In this document: piece after piece, positions 25,596 through 36,995 of the stretch
Layout of the letters: the number at the start of each line of letters is the position of its first letter
How positions within the stretch are numbered: position 1 is the stretch's first letter
Assembly (NCBI RefSeq): GCF_030144855.1
Contig: NC_082730.1
Location: forward strand, 14,074,001-14,138,000
Origin: Hypanus sabinus
Taxonomy: Eukaryota
DNA length: 64,000 bases
Direction: 5' to 3'
Made by a program: the position numbers and the translations under genes
Notes under the pieces: model-generated
The model's input: the letters and a program-made list of their open reading frames with translations, nothing else
Databases searched by the model: none
What the model was told of the DNA's origin: nothing

Positions 25596-25665
25596 AGACA
25601 CAGGTTCTGAGGGAAAGAATTAAACATTCAGACACTGAAAGAACATCTGAAAATCAAACACTCTT
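25596..25665 (-). pseudogene. Remnant acceptor and first 11 nt of a deleted Ig C2 exon
   Basis: ctttccctcag|AACCTGTGTCT (EPVS) parallels the exon start at 18502. Intronic gaacatctgaaaatcaaacactct at 25641 also occurs at 18521. Confidence 0.6.
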
Positions 25666-26305
25666 CTGTCTCTTTATTAGATACACTTGTTCACCTGCTC
25701 ATCAATGCAAATATCTAATTAGTCAATCATGTGGCAGCAATACAGTCCATATAAGGATGCAGACATAGGCAAGAGGTTCTGTCTTTGTTTAGGCCAGATG
25801 TGAGAATGAGGAAGAAACGTGATCTAAGTGACTTTGACCATGAAATAATTGTTGGGGCCAGATGGTGTAGTTAGATAATCTCAGAAACTACTGATCTTCT
25901 GGGATTTTCACCCACAACGGTCTCTAGAGTTTACAGAGAATGGTGTAAACTACATAAAAAAAATCCAGTGAGCAGCAATTCTGTGAACAAAAATACCTTG
26001 TTCATGAGAGAGATCAGAGGAGAAAGGCCAGAATGGTCCAAGCTGACAGAAACATAGAACATAGTATAGTACAGCACATTACAGGCCCTTCGGCCCACAA
26101 TGTTGTGCCGACCCTCAACCCTTGCCTCCCATATGGTGACAGGAATTCAAATAAACGTGTGTTATGACAGTGGTGTGCAGAAGAGCATCTGAAAATACAA
26201 CATATCAAACCTTGAAGTGGATGGGCCACAGAAGCAGAAGACCAGGAATATCCAATCATTGGCCACATTATGAGGTACAGGACATACCAAATAAAGTGGC
26301 CCCTG
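25666..26305 (+). mobile_element. Tc1/mariner non-autonomous remnant (related pieces at ~805-930, 3530-3795, 54480-54750)
   Basis: Degenerate MRKKRDLSDFD...ISETTDLLGFSPTTVSRVYREWC transposase N-terminus; termini ctttatta...aataaagtggcc. Confidence 0.75.
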
Positions 26306-26359
26306 CTTGTTTTAAGACAGTAATGTGAGATATCTGTCACATGTGACAAAAATGACAAA

Positions 26360-27035
26360 TGTATCACAAATGACCTGACTTGGTCTAACCAAGCAGAGTC
26401 CACTGCCAAGAAGGTCCACCAGCGCCTTTACTTCCTGAGAAAGCTGAAGAAAATTGGCCTGTCCCCTAAAACCCTGACTAATTTTTGTAGATGCACCGTA
26501 GAAAGCATTCTTCTAGGGTGCATCACAGCCTGGTATGGAAGCTGTCCTGTCCAAGACCAGAAAAAGCTGCAGAAGATCGTGAACATAGCCCAGCACATCA
26601 CACAAACCAATCTTCCATCCTTGGACTCACTTTACACCGCACACTGTCGGAGCAGAGCTGCCAGGATAATCAAGGACGCACCCCACCCAGCCAACACACT
26701 TTTTGTCCCTCTTCCCTCTGGGACAAGGTTCAGGAGCTTGAAGATTCGTACGGCCAGATTTGGGAACAGCTTCTTTCCAACTGTGATAAGACTGCTGAAC
26801 GGATCCTGACCTGGACCTGGGCTGTACCTTCCAAATATCTGGACCTGACTTGCACTACCTTACATTTCCTTTTCTATTTTCTAATTATGATCCATAATTT
26901 AAATTTTTATTATGTTTACTTCAATTCTTACTTCAGGGAGCACAAAATGCAGAATCAAGTATCGTTGTGATGATTGTACGCTCTAGTATCAATTGTTTGG
27001 TGACAATAAAGTAAAGTAGTAGTAAAGTAGTAGTC
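26360..27035 (+). mobile_element. Non-LTR retrotransposon 3' fragment (DUF1891-type)
   Basis: QRLYFLRKLKK...CTVESILLGCITAWYG...NSFFPTVIRLLN; AATAAA plus (agtaa/agt)n tail. Confidence 0.85.
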
Positions 27036-27413
27036 GTAGTGTTTGCTGTCTTTCAGAAGAAAATGATATTGTGACTGGGTTTAGTGAGGGAAACGTGTGG
27101 CATTGATGTTAATGCAGAGATAGTGAGGGATGGACAGGGTGGGGACAGAGATCATGAGAGATTTACTTTACTTGTAGATGTAAATTAAATCTCCTATAAA
27201 AAGCTGCTCATAATTCCACAATAATGTGAGATATCTGTTTGGTAGCTTTCAGGAGATAATTAATTTGTGACTGGGTTCAATGACCTACCATATAAAAGAG
27301 AACATTTGGCACTGAAATGAATGCAGAGATAGTAGGGGATGGACAGAGTCTGGACAAAGATCTTGAGACATTTCTTTTATGGAAGGCACAAAGTCAATCC
27401 CTGAGAAACCTAC

Positions 27414-27740
27414 CATCAGATACTTGTAGATGAACATTAAACATCGGATCAGGACCTGATGTGGTAATTCCACAGCTGTACCATCCTGTATCTCCAGAGT
27501 GAAGTTCCTCCATAGTAACAGTAAATTTTTTCTTGCTCAGGTTCTGTTTATCTGTGATTGACATTCATCCACTCCGTCCGTGTTGCCCTTTTGTTTCCAC
27601 TAAAACTGAACAGTGACGAGTCCGTCCATGGCACCAATACTTTGTTAATGAGTGGTACGTTCCTTCATAGTGACAATTGATTGAGATCGCTCTTCCCACA
27701 ACTCCTCTTACAGATTCCTCTGCCCACAATGCATCAGAAA
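27414..27740 (-). pseudogene. Ig V exon 1 (CD300/pIgR-type) with in-frame stop
   Basis: ttcctcag|SDALWAEESVRGVVGRAISINCHY...KYWCHGRTRHC...GRSG*MSITD...[20 protein letters not shown]...VHLQVSD|gtaggt. TGA at 27565-27567; 327 nt, phase 1/1. Confidence 0.9.
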
Positions 27741-28179
27741 CTGAGGAAGGCATTTTCAGATTTGAGGAGAAAAGAACAACACAAGGCAAACAAATATTTT
27801 TGAACATGGTGGTGGAAACAGGACCATGTTACATCCAACATGTGGTACATGACACCACAGCCAATAATTTTAGTCTGAAGTGTAGTTAGTGCCGTTACTG
27901 TGTCAGTGCTCTCTCCCCTGTGTCAGTACATTGTGGATTCACTTCCCACTCCAGAGTCCTGAGCAGAAACCCAGGGCTGACCTTCCACTGCAGTATTGAG
28001 GGAGAGCGGCAGTGTTGACATTTCAGTTGTTTCAGAATATGTCAGCTTTTGAAATGTCGACAAAGATCCCAGCTGTTTCTTTTGGGATGCGTCTGTGTCT
28101 CCGATTCCAGGAAACTTTAGGATTCAGATGGGGTTGATAGGATCTCTTTAGGCCAATGTCCTGACTTCCTCCCACTTAC

Positions 28180-28215
28180 AGACAAATATATAAACTGCAG
28201 AAAGAAACCCCACAT
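28180..28215 (-). CDS. Leader exon MWGFFLQFIYLS
   Basis: ATG, hydrophobic stretch, then gtaagt donor ~440 nt upstream of V1. The donor is phase 0 whereas V1 needs phase 1. Confidence 0.6.
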
Positions 28216-29169
28216 AATGTCCGAAAATGTGCCTTTTGGTTCCAATGGAAATTTTATATTTCATACCTGTCAAATACTTGTATGTGCAGGTAGAAGGTGC
28301 TGCAACAGATGTTGTTACTTTAATATGTGGAAATGCAGTTTGATTTCAAAGTGTGTAAAAATATAGTTTGAATTTATTAATTAGTTCTGGAATGAAAAAC
28401 CACATATCGATAATGATAATGAAGAATTGCCAGATTGTCAGAATCCCATCTGGTTCGGAAAAGCCTTTAAGGAGTGAAATCTTTCATCCTTACCCACCCT
28501 GATTTACCTTGGACACCAGTTCCAGTAATGTTCTTTTCTAATTCCTCCACTGAAATGATGCAGGAAAGACAATGATTTCAAGATAATAACAACGATTTTC
28601 ATAGTGATCCCTGTAGAGGAAGATCAGATTCCAGCAATAGTAGACCTGATGAATCCACTGAAGGGGATTTCTCCAGCTATATGTATTCTTCCCTCAGCTG
28701 CATTACTCCCCTTTTCTCCTGATCCGTTTCAACCTCTACCCCACCTCCAAACTCCACTCCTTTTCCTCCCCATTCCATCTGCATGTTGTGCTTCACCTCT
28801 CCTCAGTCCCTAACCTCCTAATGGACCCAGTCTCACACCTCCTCCTTTCCTTTCTACTTTATCTCATTCTCCATTCACATGATGCAGGGTCTCGATCCAA
28901 ACTATTGACATTTCCCCTCCCCTTGACAGATGGTGCTTGACCTGTTGAATTCCTCCAGTATTGTATTCTGATCTCCAGTTTCCGGCACCTTTAGTGTCGA
29001 CAGTATTCAAGCACTGTTGCGGAAACAGTGTACAACCCTCAAACCAACATTGATTATGCAAATGTTCAGTCCTGTTTGTCAATCACAGGGGAGGAAACCA
29101 ATCAAAACAAGCAAAGTCAGCAGCATTTCATTCACAGAGACCTACCCGGTCAGGACCTGTCCTCCAAAG

Positions 29170-30165
29170 ACAACCAGGTGGCAACTCTGGAACAGAGTAC
29201 AATCGACGTTTTGGGCTGAGACCTTCCATCAGGACTGAAGAAAAAAGATGAGGAATCAAAGATAAAAGTTGGGGTTAGGGGAGGAAGACACACGAGATGA
29301 TAGGTGAAACTGGGGTGAGGGGGAATGTGTGAAATAAAGAGCTGGGAACTTGTTTGATGAAACCTGTACAGGGCTGGATAAGGGGGAATGTAACAGGACA
29401 TGATAGAAGGCCACAGAAGAAAGAAGAGGGGGCAGAGCACCAGAGGGAGGTGATGGGTAGGTAAGGAGATAAGGTGAGAAGGGAAAGAGGAATTGGGAAT
29501 GACGAAAGGGGGCAGGGAAATACTTGAAGGTGGAGAAATCGATGTTCATCCATCAGGTTGGAGGCCACGCAGATGGATTATAAAGTGTTATTCCTCATAT
29601 CTAAGTGTAGCCTAATTATGACAATGGAGGACACCATGGCTTAACATGTCAGAATGGGAGTGGGAAGTGGAAGTTAAATGGATGGGAACAGGGAGATCCC
29701 ACTTTTTCTGGCTGATGGAGTATAGGTGCTCAGTGAGGCGGTCTCCCAATCTACGTCAGGTCACACCAATATACAGGAAGCTGCACCGGGAGAACCGGAT
29801 TCACAGGTAAAGTGTTGCCTCACCTGGAAGGACTGTCTGGGGTCCTGAATGATAGTGAAGGATGAACTGTAGGGGCAGGTGATGCATTTGTTCTTCTTGC
29901 AAGAATAAGTGCCAGGAGGGAAATCAGTGGAGAGGGATGGATGGACATGGGAGTTGCATGGGGAGTAATTGTTGTGGAAAGCAGAAAGTGCAGGAGAGGG
30001 AAAGATGTACTTGCTGTTGAAACCCCATTGGAGATGGTGGATGTTACAGAGAATTATGTTCTGGACACGGAAGCTGGTGGTTGGTAAACCTTGAGTCTCT
30101 GTGTCCAGCACATAATTCTTCGTAACTTCTGCCATCTCCAATGGGATCCCACCACTAGGCACAAA
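29170..30165 (-). mobile_element. Penelope-like element remnant (GIY-YIG endonuclease plus 3' terminus)
   Basis: TCPY...IQDPRQSFQVRQHFTCES...YIGVT*RRLGDRLTEHL; inverted duplicate piece at ~30095-30165; hammerhead-like motif at ~29200-29237. Confidence 0.8.
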
Positions 30166-31099
30166 TTGCCCAAACTACTTACTGACAAAGTCCTATAAAT
30201 GCACAGCGGAGAGTACTCTTATTGACAGCATTATGGCATGGTATGAAAACATCAATGTCTTGAACAGAAAAACCACAAAAGATAGTGTGTACAGTGCAAT
30301 CCATAACTGGTAAACCCCTCTTCATTGCTGAGCACGTTGCTGAACTAAAAACAGCATCCATTATCCAGGCCTTGCTCTCTTCTTGCTGTTGTCATCAGGA
30401 AGCAGATACAGGAGCCTCAAGTCCCACACCATCAGGTTCAGAAACAGATATTACCCCTTAACAATCAGGCTTCTGAACCAGAGTGGATAATTTCACCGAT
30501 CACTGAACTGGTTTCACAACCTATGGACTCACTTTTAAGGATTCTACAACTCATGTTTTCAAATATTACTTAGGAATTATTTACTTATATTATTATTATT
30601 ATTATTATTTTGCTTTTCATTTGGTATTTGCACAATTGTTTGTCTTTTACACATTTGTTGTTTGTCTGTCTTTGTTCATGGGTAGTTTTTCATTGATTCA
30701 ATTGTGTTACTTTGTATTTACTGTGAATGACCAAAAGTAAATTAATGTAAGGTTAGTATGTGGTGACAAATGCTGTGTGTACTTTAAAAATAAATTTAAG
30801 TTTTTTTTCTGAGAATGATGCAATAATTTGATCAACATAACAGAAAAAATAATTGAAATTGGGTACATTTCCTGTCAAGGTTCAAAGGTCTTAAAAATGA
30901 ACGAACAATGGAATTAAAAGTTGTGTATTGGACAAAATGAGTGTTTGCAGCTTGATGCAGCTTGCAATGGTCAGTGGGGTGTGAATCTGCAAATAGAAGT
31001 TGCTACTTTTCCAGAGTTGACATGTAACTGGAACCCAAGGTGTACAATCAGCCTCGGAGCTGCTACATGAAGGGAGCTACAGTAATGCTGCTATCTCCT

Positions 31100-33330
31100 C
31101 CAGTTCCATATACACTTCCACTGTCACACTTGATTGGTCCTGTTCTCTCATGTCCTATCCTCTTGCTCTTCACATACTTGTAAAATGCCTTGGAGTTTTC
31201 CTTAATCCTGCTTGCCAAGCACTTCTTGCTCTCCTAATTTCATCCTTAAGCTCCTTCCTGCTAGTCTTATAATTTTCTAGATCTCTATCATTACCTAATA
31301 TTTTGAACTTTTCACAAGTTTTTCTTTTCTTCATGATTAGATTTTCAACAGCCTTTGTACACCGCAGCTCCTGTACCTTACTATCTTTTTCCCTTTCTCA
31401 TTGCAACATACAATGCGGAACATCACACAAATATCCCCTGAACATTTGGCACAGTTCTTCTGTACATTTCCTAAGAACATCTGTTCCCTATTTATGCTTC
31501 CAAGTTCCTTCCTGATAGCTTCATATTTCCCCTTACTCCAATTAAATGATTTCCAAACTTGTCTGTTCCTATCTCTCTCCAATCCAATTCTAGGGTAAAG
31601 AAGATAGAATTATGATCACTATCTCCAAAATTCTCTGCCACCGAGAGACCTGACACTTTACCAGGTTCTTTTCCCAATAACAGATCAAGTACAGCCCCTC
31701 CCCCTGTAGGCATATCTACATATTGTATTAGGAAACATTCTTGAACACACCTAACAATCTTCACCCAATCTAAACCCCTTGCTCTAGGGAGATGCTGATC
31801 AAAATTTGGGAAATTAAAATCTCCCACCACCACAACCTACTTATTATTACACCTTTCCAGAATCTCTCTCCCTATCTGCTCCCCGATATCCCTGTTACTG
31901 TTGGGTAGTCTATAAAAAAAACACCTGGTAGAGTTTTTGACCTCTTCCTGTTTCTAACTTCCACCCACAGAGACTCCATACACCATGCCCTCACCTCTTT
32001 TTCCTCCCTCCCTTTCATTCTGAAACATCTAAAGCCTGGCACTCTACGTAGCCATTCCTGCCCCGGAGCCCTTCAAGTCTCTGTATTGGCCACAACATCA
32101 TAGCTCCAAGGAGTGATCCATGCTCTAAGCTCATCTGCTTGGTTCATGATGCTTTTTGCATTAAAATAGTCACATCTCAAACCAACGGACTGTGGGCATC
32201 CCTTCTCCATCTTCTGCCTATGCTCCCTCTCACACTGTCTACAAGCTTTCTCAATTTGTGAGCCAGCTGTCCCTTCCTCTGCCTCTTCAGTTTGGTTCCC
32301 AACCCCCAGCAATTCTTATTTAAACTCTCACCAATAGCCTTAGGAAACCTCCCTGCCAGGATGTTGTTCCCCATCAGTTTCAAGTGCAACCCATCCTTTT
32401 TGTACAGGTCACGCCTGACACAGACGACATCCCAATGATCCAGAAATCTGAATCCATGCTCCCTGCTCCAATCCCTTTGCCATGCATTTATCTTCCACCT
32501 CACTCTATTGCTACACTCACTGTCATGTAGCACAGGCGGTAATTCCAAGATTACTACTTTTGAGGTCCTGATTCTCAGCTTCTTTCCTAAAGCTCTGTGG
32601 TCTGTTTTCAGGAACTCCTCCCTTTTCCTACCTCTGTCGTTGGTACCAATGTGTACCATGACCTCTGGCTATTCACTTTCCCACTTCAGGATATGGTGGA
32701 CACAATCAGAAACATCTCAGACCCTGGCACCTAGGAGGCAAACTACCATCCGTGAGTCCTTCCCGAGTGCAGAGAATCGCATGTCTGACTCCCTAACTAT
32801 CGAGCTCCCTATCACTGCTGCCATTGTCTTCCTTTCCCTTCCCTTCTGAGCCACAGGGCCAGACACTGTGCCAGAGGCACGGCCACTGTCGCATTCTCCA
32901 GGTAGGCTGTCCCCCCTAACAATACTCAAACAGAAGCACTTATTATTAAGAGTAACAGCCACTGGGGAACTCTAGTATCTGACTCTTGCCCTTTCCTCTC
33001 CTGACTGTTACCCACTTGTATGTCTGCCGAGGCCCCGGTATGACTACTTGCCTACAGCTCCACTCAATCACCTCCTCGCTTTCCCTGACCAGGCAAAGGT
33101 CATTGAGATGCACCTCCAGTTCCCTAACCCACTCCCTAAGGAGCTGCAGCTCGACGCACATGGTGCAGATGTGTCCGTCCAGGAGGCTGGGAGTCTCCTG
33201 GAAAACACACTTCTGACACCCAGTTCAGAACACCAGCCTCACAGACATACTTCTTATTCCTCACAAGTAACTTACCTCGCTTCGACTCCATATCGCCTAA
33301 GCCCATTGAGCCAAAGCCCTCCTACGGCGT
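31100..33330 (-). mobile_element. CR1 LINE 5' half (ORF1 SGNH esterase; ORF2 endonuclease), decayed
   Basis: GSSIVR...CLLGARV, VHIGTND, NAKSIMN...TET, GDFNFP...LDLLL...SDHNSI motifs. Confidence 0.9.
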
Positions 33331-34144
33331 CTCCCTCTCCGCAGTGTCCGCTCTATAAACTGTCTTCTAGAATATAAGCAGATGAACCTCTTCTTCAGCC
33401 ACTCGAAAGGCTCCACATACTTCCTGTTATGCAGCAACCAGAACTACCCACATCCTCCAAATGTGGATTAAGCAAAGTTTTATACAGCCACTACATGCTT
33501 TTCTGACATTTTTCAGTCTAAAGTCCAGACTGAATCCTGTTTTACCACTGATATTATATCTGTTGGTGTTGCCGCCTTCACAGAGTTATGGATTTTCACT
33601 CCAAGATTTGTAAGTCTTTCTGGATCTGTCTTGGTGATAATTCAATCAAATTTGTTTTGGAGAACCTGCCATTGAGGAAATAACAAAGCAGGGAACAGAT
33701 GTGATGTAAACGGGGATTTTCATACAAACTCAGCATCCAATACTTGGCTTCATTCTCTCTGAAGGCTGTGTCAGTTCCTTGAAGCAAACTTTAAAATTCA
33801 CCTCTTCTGAAATACATTCCATTGGTCAGTGCAATTTCAAGAGCGATGTTGGGATTTCCCTTTATGTCAGTTCAATATTAAGGGGGGGGGGACACAGCTG
33901 ATTGGAATTACACATTCAAGCACTGGTGACTTGGAGTTTATCACAGTGGTAAAATCCATGTCAGCTCTGTTCTTGAGCCAAATCAAATCCATTTTGACAG
34001 GAAATGGTCTGTGTGAGTCACTTAAGTATTTCTCAGAGAGTGATCCTGGACTAAATTTGAACAGGTCACATATACAGTATATCTCCCCCTAAGGTCTCCC
34101 TTGTCTCTAACTTGCATCCCTTTACTCACCTCCTCAGCTACTGG

Positions 34145-34720
34145 AAGTTACTATTTCCACAATACATGGACAGAAGAAATTCTGCAGATACTGGAATTCC
34201 AAAGTAACATACACAAAATGTTGGAGGAGCTCAGCAGGTGAGAGAATCAATGGAACTGAATAAACAGTCGAATTTTTGGGCCAAGACATTTCTTCAGGAT
34301 TGGGCAGGAAGGGGGAAATACACCAAAATAAAATTTTGGGGTGGGGAGGGAATTAAGGATACCTTGAAAGTGATCGGTGAAACCAGGTGGGTAGGAAAGA
34401 CAACGGACTGAAGAGGAGAGAATCTGATTGGAGAAGAGAGTGGACCCATAGGAGGAAGGGGATGGGAGAGAACCCAGGGGGAGATGGTAAGCAGCCGAGA
34501 AGAGGTAAGAGGCCATATTGGGGAATAGAAGAAGTGCTGAGGTAGAGGAAGTTTTTCACAATATACCACAATATTTCATGATTATCCAGTTCTGAAAAAG
34601 TGTCTCTGCCTGAAACCTTAACTGCTTTTTAATTTCCATAGATACTGTGTGACTGGCTGAATTCCTTCAGCATTTTTGTGTGTTGTTCTGTATTTCCAGC
34701 ATCTATAGATGATCTGGGGT
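34145..34720. mobile_element. Penelope-like terminal fragments in inverted arrangement
   Basis: Same family as 7880-8380; degenerate hammerhead-like motifs at ~34262-34302 (-) and ~34586-34625 (+). Confidence 0.6.
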
Positions 34721-36879
34721 TTATAAATCCACATCATCATTGTTTACCTGGTTAGAACTTTAGATGTTATTTGAAGTGGGATCTATCCAGATTGTGCTGT
34801 GTGATTCTCCGCTGCAGATAAAATCTCAGTACAAGTGATAACAGTTGCCATAAATTTACATGTATTGGAGAAGTAATGCATTCTGCCTAACTATCATGAT
34901 GATTTCAATGTAGTGCGAAAGTTGATGTGATCTGAAGAAATAGTTTATTTGGATTCACTCAAAATTTGAGGGCAATGTGCAAGTACTATATATGCAGAAA
35001 ACATTAAACCCCAAAATAATCCTCACACATTCTGGTTTTGTAACTTAGCAAAATGACACTAACGTATCTCATCAGAATTTCCTGTAAATAAAAATAAAAT
35101 ACCCAGTTCTGTTTTCCTGGTCAAGATCATAGAATTTCTGACATAGGAGGCTGTTCAGCCCTTCATTTGGGTACTGGTCAAAAAAGCTCTAACTGTTCTG
35201 GTCTTCCCTGGGTCCTCTGCCTGGCAAGTGACGCCTCTTCAAATACACCTTCCAGGCTCTGTTGTTGTGCTGATGGTTCCTGCTTCTACAAACCCTTCAG
35301 GAAGTGAGATCCAGAAATGCACCACTTCCTCACTTCTCCGTGGGTTGTCACCTTGTCATGGTGGAGAGACTTGTGAGTGATGTTGTCCAGAGTGTAGCTC
35401 CTAGTCAGGTCTCCATCGGTGGAAAGATCAATGGGGGGCTCCAGACAACAAGTGATCCAAGTAAGACCTCAAAGGTTTATCTAATGGAAGATGATGACAT
35501 CAGAATGGCAGAGAAGGCGGAGGAAAGTTGAAGCAGTGAAGGGTCCCTCGGTCATCTTGCATTCCATGCTATTGGACCCAAACCCAAATCTGTCAAGGAC
35601 CAAGTTGTGGCTGCCCACATATCAGTCTCCCTACATTAAACAAGATCCTGCACAGGCGTCCTCCATTAAGGAAATCCACCACAATGTGCCAGATTGAAAC
35701 AGCAAGTGGTGTAAGCGTCAGAATAGTGATGATGTGGATACCACAGCCAACTGAGGACCCACCAATAGACACACATGAGTCGAATTACTACTCCTACCTG
35801 GGAGAAAGGTGTTCTCCTCATTCCCCCTCTAATCCTAACAGTTAACTTTTAACCCAAGACCCCCATTTTTAACACCTCACCTGAGTGATCAAAATTATTC
35901 CTGTTCATACTTTTGATGCCCTTTATAATTTTTCACAACTTAATTAAGTTTCCTCTTTGCCTCTTTAGTTTCAGACAAATTAACCCCAGCCCATCCAGTC
36001 AATCCAACGAGTGAATCACTCAGTCCCAGGCAGCAGACTCTCCAGTACTTTCTTGTCTCTCTGGTATTGTGGTGACCACAAATGACTACAGTGTTCAAGC
36101 CATGGGCAGAACCACACTGTATCTATATCATCATAATCTGCAAATAAAGGAAGCTGTGCTCGCTGCCTTTCTAATCATCTTATCTACATCTTCATTCACA
36201 CTCAATGATCAGTGATCATACTCAACAAGGTCCCTGTGCTCCTGAGCTTCATCAATATCTTTGTGTTTGCTTGTCCATTAATACACTGGTGGTGGGGTGG
36301 AGATTCCTCTCAACTAAAGGAAGTGTAAGATGCCCCTTACCTCTGATATCCTGTGAAGGTCACCCTTGGGCAAGGTGTAACACCTGCTTAGCAACCCTCA
36401 GTCAGAGTCACGTGAAGCCATGGGAGCAGGTGGTAGATGGTCATATCAGCAGCTGGAGCATATCATAAATCCTGATTATGCAACCACTGACACCAGTCAG
36501 ACAAACTCTGGCTGGGGTGTGATTGAATTCGGATATCATGCAAGTGTGGAGAGAGAGAGAGAGAGAGACACTGAAGTGTGTCGAGAGATAATCTTCTTCA
36601 TTGCTTCAGTAGCTTCACACAGAACAGGGTCAATCACCTGAGCTTGTCCCCTGCCTGATCAATGAAGCTCAGGGCCAAGCTGAAGTTTTTTTACTCTCTG
36701 CTGTTTGATAAAGTTATTATTAAAGTCTGATCTACTGATTCTGTGCTTGTGAACGTGTTCATTGTTTCTGGGTGACTATGAATCAAGCAGACTTATTCTG
36801 CGACACTGTATGTGATAAATGTTCTTTCATTGTAAGAGACTGTGGATGGTGAGGGAGCGGGTGAGTAAAGAGGGTGATC

Positions 36880-36995
36880 AGACCATAAGAAAACTGAGAC
36901 ATTTTTTTCTCTGCGCCACTCGGTTACCGGTTCGTCAAAGCAAATAGCCAAATTAATCAGGTCATCCAGACTATCCTGCTTGTCACAATGTTCTG
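36880..36995 (-). mobile_element. Possible Gypsy gag remnant
   Basis: DSLDDLINLAICFD...WRREK resembles the sushi/Ty3 gag LxxLIxLAIRxD motif. Confidence 0.4.

Larger units (their letters stand above)
11760..28215 (-). pseudogene. pIgR-like/CD300-like multi-Ig activating-type receptor gene, probably decaying (L-V-[C2 remnant]-V-C2-stalk-TM-cyt)
   Basis: Ordered exons with GT/AG sites and compatible phases from V1 onward. Lesions: TGA in V1, truncated first C2, frameshift in second C2, phase-0 best leader donor. Confidence 0.8.
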
